Shown here piece after piece: positions 63,805-64,000 of a DNA stretch of 64,000 bases (position 1 is its first letter; each line of letters opens with the position of its first letter). The notes below the pieces were generated by a model. The model ran no database searches, was not told the DNA's origin, and saw only the letters and a list, made by a program, of their open reading frames with translations. The translations under genes and the position numbers were made by a program. Source of the stretch: Octopus vulgaris. Its lineage: Eukaryota. The DNA is taken from contig OX597832.1 of the NCBI GenBank assembly GCA_951406725.2, forward strand, positions 53,940,001-54,004,000. Reading direction: 5' to 3'.

Positions 63805-64000
63805 GGGGGCCCGTGGCTTAGTGGTTAGGGTGTCAGCATCATGATCATAAGATTGTGGTTTCGATTCCTGGACCGAGTGACGCGTTGTGTTCTTGAGCAA
63901 AACACTTCATTTCACGTTGCTCCAGTCCACTCAGCTGGCAAAAATGAGTAACGCTGCGATGGACTGGCGTCCAGTCCACCTGGGGAACACATGCACCACT
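63805..64000 (+). mobile_element. SINE family D-like, running to the window end
   Basis: GGCTTAGTGGTTAGG...GTTTCGATTCC...TTCTTGAGCAAAACACTT. Confidence 0.7.

Overview
This is AT-rich, repeat-saturated eukaryotic DNA. The tRNA-headed SINE families and the microsatellite load match what I recall of octopus (coleoid cephalopod) genomes; that assignment is an inference. I can support only one host protein-coding exon: the first coding exon of an SLC16 transporter of the MCT10/MCT8 type (minus strand, 19500-19743). It is followed by a long intron running toward position 1, and I could not locate exon 2. The rest is several SINE families, internally deleted mariners, Helitrons, hAT and Tigger-like MITEs, long foldback elements, RTE and Gypsy relics, and simple repeats. 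Almost all ORFs in the track are repeat-derived noise. Main observations: (1) a dispersed set of minimal type-I hammerhead-ribozyme folds of the Penelope type, two with an unusual CCGANGA core; (2) a foldback transposon carrying telomeric CCCTAA repeats in its loop, whose two adjacent copies have swapped and inverted 8-bp TSDs that record a 116-bp inversion; (3) a near-perfect ~157-bp-arm foldback MITE in intron 1, a candidate dsRNA/ADAR substrate; (4) a CpG-decay boundary near 16 kb consistent with gene-body methylation. All coordinates were counted by eye, and repeat boundaries are approximate.
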